From positions 20,403-84,402 of the forward strand of contig JAUPTZ010000006.1 in the NCBI GenBank assembly GCA_030917815.1: DNA of 64,000 bases, read 5' to 3'. This document shows, in pieces, positions 38,601 through 47,935 of the stretch. A program made the translations under genes and the position numbers. The notes under the pieces are model-generated. The model had not been told where the DNA came from. It made no database searches and saw only the letters and a list, made by a program, of their open reading frames with translations. This stretch comes from Candidatus Babelota bacterium. Lineage in GTDB: Bacteria; Babelota; Babeliae; Babelales; JAUPTZ01. Each line of letters starts with the position of its first letter. Positions within the stretch are counted from its first letter, which is position 1.

Positions 38601-39517
38601 GGCGCATTGAGCGACATACCGGCAATCGATCCGCCAAGCATTGCAGCCGCCTCAACACCATCATCACTTCTATCATCATGCTCCTGCCACAACCGCTGTT
38701 GTAACATTTTAAGCAAATCGGCAAAGAGCCGAGCGGTCAAGGTGTATTGTTCTTCGTACCGGCTGCCCTTGAGCAACTCAACCATTTTCTGTACATCTTG
38801 CTGCAGCGTGTACGCCTCAATATAGTTTTCACGCTTGATATGACCATACAACCGATGGACCATCGTATCGGCACACAGCGCAGTCATAGTAGCAAGTTCT
38901 TCGCCGGCATTATTTTTTTTCCAAAGCTGGATCAACGAAATTTGCTTAGCCATGAGTAGTGAACCAAAAAGCCGGCCACCCATACCATCAGTAGATAATG
39001 CAGGATATTTTAAAAGTCCGGTACCGGCATCAAGACGAAGCTTTTTTACCGCTTCAATAATTCTTTTTAATTGCTCCTCAATAATCAGGACATGCACCGA
39101 TTCGAAAGCGATTTCTGAAGGGTCATTTACAAAATAACGCCATGGCACATTCGTAAGCAAAAAAGTAATGCTGTGCAATGCGCGCGCAACCGCAACAGGA
39201 CACATGGTCGGAAAAATAAGCTGGGTTATAACATCGGCCTTTGGGAAATACCACAGCAAATAATCGGTATAAAAACGGTCATTAGCCGGTGGTGTTTGAT
39301 CGGTTAATGCCTGATTCAAACATAACGGTAATGGCTCGGGAGATGATGATTTAGAACACCCTACCAACAGCGCCGATCGATTCAGCTCATAGCGTGCATC
39401 TTCATGCAATAATTCAAGAACCGGAATGGCTCCGCTAGGATCACACCACACACACGGCGAGACGGTCGAACCCACAAAGAAAGAAAGAATCATCACTCTC
39501 AAAAATGCATGTATCAC
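35609..39517 (-). CDS. Very large hypothetical protein (1302 aa) with a signal-like N-terminus and a central Walker-A (P-loop kinase/NTPase-like) motif
   Basis: GTG start with AAGGAG 5 nt upstream. N-terminus MIHAFLRVMILSFFVGSTVSPCVWC. Walker A FVDGVGKSTMLGN (GVGKST at 37754-37771). The rest is unrecognised. Confidence 0.85.
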   Translation of the reverse strand: MIHAFLRVMILSFFVGSTVSPCVWCDPSGAIPVLELLHEDARYELNRSALLVGCSKSSSPEPLPLCLNQALTDQTPPANDRFYTDYLLWYFPKADVITQLIFPTMCPVAVARALHSITFLLTNVPWRYFVNDPSEIAFESVHVLIIEEQLKRIIEAVKKLRLDAGTGLLKYPALSTDGMGGRLFGSLLMAKQISLIQLWKKNNAGEELATMTALCADTMVHRLYGHIKRENYIEAYTLQQDVQKMVELLKGSRYEEQYTLTARLFADLLKMLQQRLWQEHDDRSDDGVEAAAMLGGSIAGMSLNAPLVGVTSAQKFLDSFIGHYEVNITGKFTHEYHPALLEETARSFATLEEQLQGNGLPIVGRLTLMGYEEQGITRYKTKYTDAYFSDEMGKQTNAGWSLKMFNRFGLLTGFLCKDANKLAGKEGVLPVTHINPDQVETFDGIGTLFQEHAFGEAYVPTMQTYVKAQKLLRGNSFSHFFGECMRFWHTLYSRELKVTGKQHVVGTQDILFSIAYMRYLRQSAVPVLHFYIGPDITYPIETSLVHHKDATRHAQTFVKTFVPQLKPLNNKKTAYVFCSFVDGVGKSTMLGNVQNMMKHGENIDEYEHVDNSSSQLATVFSYADDVVIADLPAQVSHFTYKPDGYVYVDCGALCDAQEMMALTAYVLKHKERLEQEFAQMMQQAQPLAASYDLMAAEAHNPEWSYALNLYLLGKAEINQWVSFAHEGNYYLFDRTRPNHIRRRMPLATAPSHGLKNCCPEQMIFSIGIRFPMAYDYFLNDLITQLKDKQVEQVVMVDFASMYSRSSRENIRVNYVIQQLALLHKDFSVGASFYQDFVHNAQLLATLDAPGMVQKFTNALIYESTVRLALFDMLVDHATTNIDGIDMQSLTTLLRERIAGFDVSVTAYMKTKVEQKIRQEHAGLFHAYGNTREYVTVQQFNAPDLLAWSKALVDIFGGNMVLSHTSRLWQRFATASVVNGGSITRDEVTGLQSGILDNGVSVEILGRISPDCHDRSRLGSLLRLARVRWYVTCANVLYARQGDEDALIINKEKFPAIPLVVLPDTHGQLCFVQPVLDKIEGEGLKAPDYSLFEVTYSDKKPEQWRLYDNRLYLHDWSQVACSHGGIYAYGHELTTQPIDQVGHRRAIVSNLYTKFARAHGADKVLVPTQLRDMLQDKEKIDHRLKANYDEWGKEAEKHGSMPEDAPAPSLKNKEGEGIIKTKMYMIGDEQRRAIQLYLRLIATMDMLVKDLDADFASRRNNKEDFIEHMRLTECITLPWLFGLFSYEPLFSAYEEVQPVCTVP

Positions 39518-39618
39518 TTTTGCTCCTTGCCGTGGTTATGCACCACTTTGTTATGAGCATTGCGACCTATGCCGCTCCGCTCCGTCCCTCGTCGCTTAGC
39601 ACCGGGTGCTAGCACACA

Positions 39619-40644
39619 TTACTTCCGCAGATAGGTTCTATACGTAGTTAAGAAAATACTAATCGCTTCAACGCTCTCATGGTAGCCATCAAGAGTGCTA
39701 TTACTATAATGCGTTAACATACCATGCGTATTCTCGTTCAAATCACATTCAAGTGAATAGGCTACTCTATCAAGCTTGTTAGCAATAGCACCAATGTGCT
39801 GCTGCATAACCGAATGATGCTCCGATGGTGACATCAAAAACATAAGCGCGGTTAATCGCTCAAATCCGCCAATCAATTGCTGATACATCGTTACGATGTC
39901 CAGACGATAGTGAGAGCTTATTTCGTAAGTCAAAGGCACACGACGTTGCTGCCGCGTCGGAATAAGCGACTGCTGATCGGTGGTACTTTGTTGCGCAACT
40001 TTGCGTGCTTGATAAAAAGAGTCACGCAATTGATTCATAACGGCACGCACTTGGTCTTCCAACGGTGAATACCAATATTCATATCCATTCCACCACAGAT
40101 AGAGCATCTCTTCAAAGGTACCGGAACATACACGAAATACCTGCTGACCTGACGTAACAATAAATCCAATGGCCCCCAGAGTAAGACCAAAACGTAACGT
40201 TTCGGTTATCTTACTTTCCGGCTTTTGTGGAAGCTCGGTAACCGCAGATCCTGGCATACCCTGACCACTCAAACGCAACTCGGTTGCCAGTGCTGTTTTT
40301 GCCTGAATTTCAACGGCCGTTGCTTTGCTGTCTTTAGACAATTCAACTAATCTTTCACGCGCAAATTCATACTCTTTTCGTCGCTTATCATCGACTTCAC
40401 TAAGCGCCCTAGACCGCCAATGAGATATCACATACTTACCCACAACACCTAACACAACCGCACCAGAGGCGCCCATTGTAATAGTCTTCAAACGACGCAT
40501 GCGACGCTCAAAGTAACGACGAGCAGCATCAACACGGTCCAGATTGAAGCGACTTAACGAAATAATAAAAGTTTGATCAGGCGTCTCAGCAGAAAGATTC
40601 TGCACCATACATACACAACTCAGGACCAGTATAAAAAATTTCAT
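39619..40644 (-). CDS. Exported/membrane hypothetical protein (341 aa)
   Basis: The ATG at 40644 has AGGAG ~9 nt upstream and gives the signal peptide MKFFILVLSCVCMVQNLSA. The longer ORF-track start (40845) would overlap the upstream gene by 164 nt. Confidence 0.8.
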   Translation of the reverse strand: MKFFILVLSCVCMVQNLSAETPDQTFIISLSRFNLDRVDAARRYFERRMRRLKTITMGASGAVVLGVVGKYVISHWRSRALSEVDDKRRKEYEFARERLVELSKDSKATAVEIQAKTALATELRLSGQGMPGSAVTELPQKPESKITETLRFGLTLGAIGFIVTSGQQVFRVCSGTFEEMLYLWWNGYEYWYSPLEDQVRAVMNQLRDSFYQARKVAQQSTTDQQSLIPTRQQRRVPLTYEISSHYRLDIVTMYQQLIGGFERLTALMFLMSPSEHHSVMQQHIGAIANKLDRVAYSLECDLNENTHGMLTHYSNSTLDGYHESVEAISIFLTTYRTYLRK

Positions 40645-40681
40645 CACGCAGATACTCCTTCTGTATTCAAACGCTACTCGG

Positions 40682-42082
40682 TTATATACGACCCAACGGC
40701 GAATCATAATCACTACCATACCCACCAAGGCCACTACCGACCCGCTGCGACGACTTGCTTGAGGTATCAACTGCCGCAGATCCGGTACGCGCTTGTGTAC
40801 CATGATAATTACGAACCATCGACTCAAACAACGCAAAACGCTCACTCAATTCATCGATAAGACGAGGAAATATAAACTTTAAATCGCCGGCTGCCAAATC
40901 TTTCAACGTACGCGTAGGTAACAGAATGTGCTGCTTAATAAGCTGCAACATCTCTTGAATCCGGGTAGCCATATCAAGAATATCGGCCCGACCATCAACA
41001 AACATTTTCTTCTCATCAGCTTCATCGCCCGGGCTATAGTGTAATTTAGGAAGTTCGATGCGATAGGTCAGCCGGTCAAGGTCACTTGCAAATCCGGCAA
41101 CCATTTTTAGCCAGGTGGCATCGGAAACCAGATCATCTTCCTCGTTTTCTTCATCAGACATCATAGTCAAGGCATCAAATTTATTTTGGCGAGGACGGGC
41201 TCCAAACCCATCGGCTTGGCCACTTTGGGCTTTTTTAGCGGCCGTTTCAAGGCCACCAAGAATTACCTTGAGCGCTTCTTGCTTCCAATAACCAATCTGA
41301 TCAATAGTGTACGGATGAATTCCGCCATTAAATAACCAGTAACGAAACCCAAAAATACCATCACGAATCGTACGGAATAAACCGCCAACTATCTGACCAC
41401 CTTCATTTGAAATCGCATCTTCATATTTTTGCCCAAGAACAAACATGGTACGATACGTAAGGCCGGCGAGGATACCTTCACCCAAGCTCGTTGCCTGCAT
41501 GTTTTGAAACAAATAATTGTTCCTTACCCCAGCAAAGCCGGTAACCGCTGCTTGCGCGGTAAGCCCACTATCAGAAGAGCTGGTCGTCGCGCCTTGAAGC
41601 GCAAGCGTCGCTTCATCCTCATTAATTTTATCTATTTTTGCCTGATTTTCTGCATGTTTTTTCACAATCCAGGCACTAAACAAAGTACTCTGAAAAACCG
41701 GGTCCACTGAGGCATATTGCGTAAAAAATTTCTCAAACGCCAATGGCTGAACCGTGTTTTTTGCCCGTATCTTCTCTCGAATAAGATCAGCACTCGCCAA
41801 AGGTCCTGCTTCAGACGTAGCCGCATGCAAATAGCTTAACAAACTGTTTTCATGCTCCAGCCCTTGCGCCACAATGCTCATTTCTTTTACCGATGTCTTT
41901 TGCGCTCTTCGCCGCGTCTCCTGCTCTTGTTGCATAGATAACATTTCGCGACGAATCATTAGATCTTGCCATTCACTATTACCACCAGCGGCCGGCTTAT
42001 CAGTAGAACAATCAATACTCATAGAAAAAATTGCGGAGGCAACAACAATCACCAATAAGCGCTTTGTGTCAAAATAACTCAT
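40682..42082 (-). CDS. Exported hypothetical protein (466 aa)
   Basis: Hydrophobic N-terminus MSYFDTKRLLVIVVASAIFSMSIDC. It may be distantly related to the downstream 341-aa protein (by eye, weak). Confidence 0.8.
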   Translation of the reverse strand: MSYFDTKRLLVIVVASAIFSMSIDCSTDKPAAGGNSEWQDLMIRREMLSMQQEQETRRRAQKTSVKEMSIVAQGLEHENSLLSYLHAATSEAGPLASADLIREKIRAKNTVQPLAFEKFFTQYASVDPVFQSTLFSAWIVKKHAENQAKIDKINEDEATLALQGATTSSSDSGLTAQAAVTGFAGVRNNYLFQNMQATSLGEGILAGLTYRTMFVLGQKYEDAISNEGGQIVGGLFRTIRDGIFGFRYWLFNGGIHPYTIDQIGYWKQEALKVILGGLETAAKKAQSGQADGFGARPRQNKFDALTMMSDEENEEDDLVSDATWLKMVAGFASDLDRLTYRIELPKLHYSPGDEADEKKMFVDGRADILDMATRIQEMLQLIKQHILLPTRTLKDLAAGDLKFIFPRLIDELSERFALFESMVRNYHGTQARTGSAAVDTSSKSSQRVGSGLGGYGSDYDSPLGRI

Positions 42083-42158
42083 ATAAAAAACCTCATTCTC
42101 CTAAAGCTTGACCCCCAAGGAATGGAAGCCATGCTAACAATACTAACAGAAATGAAAA

Positions 42159-44711
42159 TTACATCAAGAGCTTCTTGAGGTACCGACCGGTTATGCTTTC
42201 TGGCGCCTGCGCAACCAACTCAGGTGTGCCGGCCGCTACAATGCGCCCTCCGGCCTCGCCACCATCTGGTCCGATATCGATCAAATGGTCCACAACCTTG
42301 AGTACATCGAGGTTGTGCTCGATAACGAGCACCGAGTTGCCCTGATTCACCAACCGCTGCAAAACCTCAAGAAGCTTTGCTACGTCGTTGGTATGAAGCC
42401 CAGTTGTCGGTTCATCTAAGATATAAAAGGTGTTATGCCCCCGCTTTGCAAGTTCGTTGACCAGCTTAATCCGCTGAGCCTCCCCACCGGACAGGGTGGT
42501 TGAGGACTGCCCTAGGGTTAGATACCCCAGACCCACGTCACACATAAGCTTTAAGCGCTTACTAATCGCGGTAAAATCGGTAAAAAACTCGGTCGCCTCA
42601 ACGGCCGACATCGCCAAAATATCGGCAATATTCTTCCCGTTAAAGAGAATTTGAAGGGTTTGGTCACTATACCGCAAGCCACGGCACACCTTACACTCGA
42701 CCTCGACGTCTTCCAGAAAGTGCATCTGGATGGTGAGGGTACCATCGCCAGAACAGTTCTCACAGCGCCCCTGCTTCACGTTAAAGCTGAATTGCCCCGG
42801 CGCATAGCCACGAGCCTTACTTTCATTGGTTGCGGCAAAGAGATTACGAATTTCGTTAAATATGCCCAAGTAGGTGGCCGGATTAGAGCGAGGCGTACGG
42901 CCAATAGGGCTCTGATCAACCAAAACACAGTTTTCCAGCGACTCGAGACCAACAATCTCTTCAAATCCGTGCCCATTGCGATAGAAACCAGATCTAAAGT
43001 ACTCGAGAAGTGCTGGGGCCAAGGTTTGCATAATCAAGCTACTCTTGCCCGATCCGGAGACTCCAGACATGCCAACGAGCATGCCAAGCGGAATGGCACA
43101 GTCTATTTTTTTAAGATTATTCGTTGATACAGCGGTAATAGTGAGTACTTGATCGGCTTTTCTTCGCTTCTTTGGCACCTCAATCATATCAACTCCGGAC
43201 ATATACCGACCGGTCAATGAATTGGGGTTGGCAGCTACTTCGGCCGGTGTCCCACAAGCAACAACTTCACCACCCATGAGCCCTGCTCCTGGCCCCATAT
43301 CAATGACATAGTCTGAGGCCGCTATGGTATCCATGTCATGCTCAACAACCAACACCGTATTGCCATGGTCTCGTAATTTTTTCAGCGTATCAATCAGTCG
43401 ATCGTTATCCCGCTGATGGAGGCCAATACTTGGTTCATCGAGCACATAAAGAACACCGCTCAGCGCCGAGCCAATCTGCGTCGCTAAACGAATCCGTTGC
43501 CCTTCTCCACCAGAAAGAGTTCGAGCCGAACGGGCTAGGGTCAAATAAGAAAGCCCCACATCGGAAAGGAACGTAAGCCGGCTCACAATTTCACGAATCA
43601 AGCCGTCAGCTATCTGGTGATGCTCGGACGACAAGTGCAGCTTGGTAATACGGTCGCGCAGCTCACTTACCGCAAAGCTGCTCATCGTATCAATTGAAAG
43701 GCCATCGACTGTTACCGCACGAGCCTCCGGACGTAGCCGAGTCCCTTCACATGCGTTACACACCATTTCGCGTGATTGGCGAGCCAACCAGTAGCTAGGC
43801 ACCTCATCTTCCCCCTGGGCTGCAAACGCGGCATACATGGTCCCCAACCCGTTACACCCTTTACACGCACCCAACGGTGAGTTAAACGAGAACAGACGGG
43901 GCTCCATCTCAGGAAAAGAAATCTTACATCGTACACACATGTGATCGGCCGAAAACAACTGTGGCGCAACCTTCTCATCAATCGGAATTACCCGACAAAA
44001 GCCATTGGCAAGCGGAAAAGCTTTTTCTATGGCCTCTTGAATTCTCACCGCCTCCACGCCACTGAGCGTCAGACGATCAATACAAATTTCAATGGTATGG
44101 CGCTGCGTTTTAGCAAGCTTGAGGGTTAAGATATCCTCACGATTGGCAAAACGATACATTTTGCCATCAATAATAAAGCGGTAATAGCCCTTATCAAAGT
44201 AGGTCTGGAGATCGTGAACGAACTCACCTTTGCGCTCAATGGCAATCGGTGCCGTAATGGTTACCTCAGTACCGGACATTGCTTCAAGAATCAAGCGGGC
44301 CACCGTTTGCGGCGATTCGGCACGAATAACTTGGCCACACTGATAGCAATGGGGAATACCGGCTCGAGCGAACAAGACACGGAGATAGTCGTAAATTTCA
44401 GTAATAGTCCCCACGGTCGAACGCGGGTTATAGCCAACCGTCTTCTGATCGATTGCTATGGCCGGACAAAGACCTTCAATTTTATCAACCTCAGGCTTTT
44501 TAGAAACACCAAGGAACTGGCGGGCATAGGAGGAAAGCGATTCGACGTAACGGCGACGCCCTTCTGCGTACAAGGTATCCAGCGCTAAGGAGCTTTTGCC
44601 CGACCCTGAGGGCCCAGTTACAATAACTAACTTATTCTTAGGAATCTCAACGTTAACCGAACGAAGATTATGCTCACGCGCCCCACGGACTATTATTTTT
44701 TCTACGTTCAT
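42159..44711 (-). CDS. uvrA: Excinuclease ABC subunit A (UvrA)
   Basis: MNVEKIIVRGAREHNLRSVNVEIPKNKLVIVTGPSGSGKSSLALDTLYAEG, two ABC modules, LSGGEGQRIRLA / LSGGEAQRIKL signatures and zinc-finger Cys pairs. Confidence 0.97.
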   Translation of the reverse strand: MNVEKIIVRGAREHNLRSVNVEIPKNKLVIVTGPSGSGKSSLALDTLYAEGRRRYVESLSSYARQFLGVSKKPEVDKIEGLCPAIAIDQKTVGYNPRSTVGTITEIYDYLRVLFARAGIPHCYQCGQVIRAESPQTVARLILEAMSGTEVTITAPIAIERKGEFVHDLQTYFDKGYYRFIIDGKMYRFANREDILTLKLAKTQRHTIEICIDRLTLSGVEAVRIQEAIEKAFPLANGFCRVIPIDEKVAPQLFSADHMCVRCKISFPEMEPRLFSFNSPLGACKGCNGLGTMYAAFAAQGEDEVPSYWLARQSREMVCNACEGTRLRPEARAVTVDGLSIDTMSSFAVSELRDRITKLHLSSEHHQIADGLIREIVSRLTFLSDVGLSYLTLARSARTLSGGEGQRIRLATQIGSALSGVLYVLDEPSIGLHQRDNDRLIDTLKKLRDHGNTVLVVEHDMDTIAASDYVIDMGPGAGLMGGEVVACGTPAEVAANPNSLTGRYMSGVDMIEVPKKRRKADQVLTITAVSTNNLKKIDCAIPLGMLVGMSGVSGSGKSSLIMQTLAPALLEYFRSGFYRNGHGFEEIVGLESLENCVLVDQSPIGRTPRSNPATYLGIFNEIRNLFAATNESKARGYAPGQFSFNVKQGRCENCSGDGTLTIQMHFLEDVEVECKVCRGLRYSDQTLQILFNGKNIADILAMSAVEATEFFTDFTAISKRLKLMCDVGLGYLTLGQSSTTLSGGEAQRIKLVNELAKRGHNTFYILDEPTTGLHTNDVAKLLEVLQRLVNQGNSVLVIEHNLDVLKVVDHLIDIGPDGGEAGGRIVAAGTPELVAQAPESITGRYLKKLLM

Positions 44712-44876
44712 CCCAACCACTCCCTGCTCTGAAAAAACCGTTTTATCAAGAGGAAAAGGGTATCTTATTTTGGCTGTAGAAGCAAATTCCAGGGGTCACA
44801 CTCTCTCCTGCATCCTCGGCATTGGCTACCAGGAGTTCATAGGAAAACACACAACTATCAATAAAAATGGCAGGGT

Positions 44877-44910
44877 AAAATGATTTAGTACACGAACGCT
44901 AAATCATTTT
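44877..44910. terminator. Perfect 12-bp hairpin with A-run/T-run flanks (bidirectional-terminator-like)
   Basis: aaaatgatttag-tacacgaacg-ctaaatcatttt. Confidence 0.5.
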
Positions 44911-45011
44911 GTGTTGATAAGTTGCCTTAGCGATGCCACACTAAACCAACTGAGACAGGACCGCATCTATGTATACAAGAATTATTTAGCGTTGCTCGAG
45001 GACTAATCAAT

Positions 45012-45052
45012 GAAGGCTCTTAGAAGAGCTAAAATCTCGCCTAAGAGCCTTC
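45012..45052 (-). terminator. Hairpin immediately downstream of the 45076-46599 OMP gene
   Basis: Perfect 12-bp stem gaaggctcttag / ctaagagccttc with a 17-nt loop, 24 nt after the stop codon. Confidence 0.55.
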
Positions 45053-45075
45053 GATCATTCTCAGATATTTCTTAC

Positions 45076-46599
45076 TTAAAACCGTAATACTACGCCACCA
45101 GAAATACGCGTATCTTTTAACGTGTTTTTACCAGAAAACACATGATCAATCGCTCCTTCAACACTGCACAATGCACTCAAGCAATAGCCAACCGAGGTAT
45201 GCACGCTGTGTGTACGAGAACCGGTATGTTTGGTTGCTATATCAAGTGCATAATGATGACTGTCTTCGAGACCGGAAATACGCTCTTGCTGATGTCCTAC
45301 AAAACGATACGCGAAGGTAACATGCATTGGCTTACCAAAACATTGTTCGATCGTATTCCCTAACTGGAATAGGCAAGAAAGCCCTTTGTGCACCGTCACT
45401 TTGTGCAACGTCGAAGCAAAGCCAGGAATCATTGTTTCGGCATAGTTGCTGAACGAGCTACCACCAAGCATTACAACATCGCTAAATGGAATAGTGTGCG
45501 GTGATACTTCGGCAAGACGACTACCCATATTGCTTACTCCGTCATGACTTAACGAGTAGGGAAGACGCATACCAACTTGTGACGGTATGCTGTAACCCAA
45601 GCCAACAATTACACAAGGATTTGCATACGAACTACGATGCCACTCAAATCGAGCATGAGTTTTAATTTGATGAGCGCCATGTCCTAATGTTGGTTCTGCA
45701 AGTGCAACATTATGCGGCCCTTTACTAGTATTCAATACAAGCTCAGCACCAACTTGACAATGATCAACATAAGGCATCGCATAATCATACATACACTTAA
45801 TGCTGAAATCACCCAAGCCTACCGTTTCCTGTTTTTCAGCAAACGTAATGCCAGAATTCTCTAACGTTTGATGTAAAAAACCATCTAAATCACTGTGCAA
45901 CTCATAAAATCCAGGAACTTCAGGCGTACGCATATCGGCCATAGCACCTCTGCGCATTACATTGAGAGAGGCCGCATCAACCAACGCCGCGCGATTAGCG
46001 GGGCTCATTTTTTCAACCGACAAATGCGTTTCTTTGCGCACCAATGGGAGATCGATCGACATTTGCAACCGCTTATCCAGGAATGTACGAGAATAAGATC
46101 CCAAAAATTCTTGGCGTGATTCATGCCCCTTGAAGGCAATTTTTTGATCGGCAAGCAAACAAAGGTAATGATTATTATTATTCGGCAATGGTTGTTGATC
46201 AGCAATCTTGCTTACTATTTTTGCCTCATCACGCGCAAGAAGCTTACTTGCTACAAAAGCATCCTGCACGGTGAAAACACCCGATCCAAAGGCAACGGCC
46301 GAGGGATCCGATTTTCGACCACGCGTATCAAATCCATGTGATGCCCATGCATGGCTGAACCGTAACGACACTTCTTCTGCTGCCTTCGGACGCGCAACAG
46401 ACTCCGCCGGCTTCTCTGCCAAAATGCGCCGAAAATCGGTAAGCTTACTATGAAGCCATGGCAGGCGCTTCTCAATAAAACTAGCCGATACTTCAAATGG
46501 CCCCGCCGACTCAGTAGGCACTATGAAATTTTCCGAAGCCTGCGCCATCGGCATTACTACTACACTTAGAGCCAAAAGATGGCGCATTAAACGGTTCAT
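45076..46599 (-). CDS. Outer-membrane beta-barrel protein (507 aa), a paralog of 60090-61643
   Basis: AGGAGA SD, signal peptide MNRLMRHLLALSVVVMPMAQA, alternating-hydrophobic strands, and C-terminal ...GGVVLRF (terminal Phe, the OMP signature). Confidence 0.8.
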   Translation of the reverse strand: MNRLMRHLLALSVVVMPMAQASENFIVPTESAGPFEVSASFIEKRLPWLHSKLTDFRRILAEKPAESVARPKAAEEVSLRFSHAWASHGFDTRGRKSDPSAVAFGSGVFTVQDAFVASKLLARDEAKIVSKIADQQPLPNNNNHYLCLLADQKIAFKGHESRQEFLGSYSRTFLDKRLQMSIDLPLVRKETHLSVEKMSPANRAALVDAASLNVMRRGAMADMRTPEVPGFYELHSDLDGFLHQTLENSGITFAEKQETVGLGDFSIKCMYDYAMPYVDHCQVGAELVLNTSKGPHNVALAEPTLGHGAHQIKTHARFEWHRSSYANPCVIVGLGYSIPSQVGMRLPYSLSHDGVSNMGSRLAEVSPHTIPFSDVVMLGGSSFSNYAETMIPGFASTLHKVTVHKGLSCLFQLGNTIEQCFGKPMHVTFAYRFVGHQQERISGLEDSHHYALDIATKHTGSRTHSVHTSVGYCLSALCSVEGAIDHVFSGKNTLKDTRISGGVVLRF

Positions 46600-46662
46600 A
46601 CTCTTACTCTCCTGTTTATCTTTATTATTAGATAGTTCATTTTCTTAAAAGAAGACCGCGCA

Positions 46663-47847
46663 TCACACCCCTGACGCATCCTGCACATTACACACGATGT
46701 CGTACATTTCCAATATGCCATCCTCAATGAGCAACTTACTATTTCTTCCATAAGTATAGCCATCACCAAAATTTATCTCTGAAGCACCACTACCGGTCCC
46801 ATAGAGCTTAGAGCTACCTTTTGATATCAAGGTCACTCCAATAAGTGATAACGAAGGAACCTGGACGTAAAATTGAGCATCATCAAGAATGATTTGCGAG
46901 GCCTCACCAATACCATCACCAATCAACTCATTCGCATCATCATCACCAGATCCGTAGATAAAGGCAACCTGATTAAAGACCATCGATGAATTAGCACTCA
47001 ATCGTATGCTAGACGGCGAAGAATAGATAAGCGAACCGACTCCGGTAAATGTTGCCGTATCACCAATGAGCAAATGTCCTTGCGAAATGGTCATATCGCC
47101 ATCCAATTTAAACAGACAATTATTGAAACAAACCGCGCCGTCGTCATCCATTTGCACCGGCTCGCCATTAATCCTCCAAAAGGTAATATCCTCTATTTGA
47201 AGAACCGATTCATTGGCAATGACAAAGGCACCCTCATCATAAAAATCAATAAGTTTTGAATTTCCACGAACATAAGATGGGTTCTCAAGACTTCCCACAA
47301 AGGTGATTGGGTAAGAAAAACTCCATACATCTTGATTAAGCGAGAGGACACCGCTAGAAATCGTAAGCGACGCTCCATCCCCTAAAGAAATTGCTCCCGG
47401 CTGAAACCCGGCAAGCTCAAGGTTTGACAGTACCACCGCAGTATTATCTCCAATAACCAGTTGAACACCACCGCCGTCGGAGAACGTAATTTTTTGCCCT
47501 GAGCCAGTTAACGTAATCGTGCCGCCACCATCTCCAAGCGCGGCAATCGTCATAAGACTCACCGGAGAAAGATTTATGTCTTTATAAATGGTAGTATTGT
47601 GATTGAACGTTCGAATATGTCCGCCATGATCAATAAACGTACCACACGAGTAATCAAACGAAGCTCCACTATCAACGGTTAGCGTACCTTCATTGACAAT
47701 GGTACCGGTTACCGTCAAGTCACTGGCTATTACAAAGGTCGATCCTTCTTCGACGATGATGCTTGAATTTTTATCACCAAACAAAATGCCAGCTTCTGCA
47801 CCAAAACCAGTTAATAAACAGAAAACACCCAAAATCGGATAACGCAT
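46663..47847 (-). CDS. Secreted passenger-like repeat protein, subfamily 2 (394 aa), no barrel domain
   Basis: The ATG at 47847 gives the signal peptide MRYPILGVFCLLTGFGAEA. Gly/Thr/Ser/Asn-rich repeats with alternating hydrophobics. ITFSDGGGVQLVIGDNTAVVLSNLELAGF resembles a segment of the 61643-64000 protein. Confidence 0.8.
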   Translation of the reverse strand: MRYPILGVFCLLTGFGAEAGILFGDKNSSIIVEEGSTFVIASDLTVTGTIVNEGTLTVDSGASFDYSCGTFIDHGGHIRTFNHNTTIYKDINLSPVSLMTIAALGDGGGTITLTGSGQKITFSDGGGVQLVIGDNTAVVLSNLELAGFQPGAISLGDGASLTISSGVLSLNQDVWSFSYPITFVGSLENPSYVRGNSKLIDFYDEGAFVIANESVLQIEDITFWRINGEPVQMDDDGAVCFNNCLFKLDGDMTISQGHLLIGDTATFTGVGSLIYSSPSSIRLSANSSMVFNQVAFIYGSGDDDANELIGDGIGEASQIILDDAQFYVQVPSLSLIGVTLISKGSSKLYGTGSGASEINFGDGYTYGRNSKLLIEDGILEMYDIVCNVQDASGV

Positions 47848-47935
47848 AGCTAGCCCTTTACACAACAGACACTCTTCACAGATGTTTGTTGTGTAGAACA
47901 ATATACCTTAGCCGGTCAATAGATAAGTATCGATA

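Noticed and set aside
44712-44800. SOS (LexA) box upstream of uvrA
   Set aside because: The nearest candidate, ctgtagaagcaaattccag, has CTG and CAG separated by 13 nt instead of 10 and lacks the TA-rich core. The match is not convincing.
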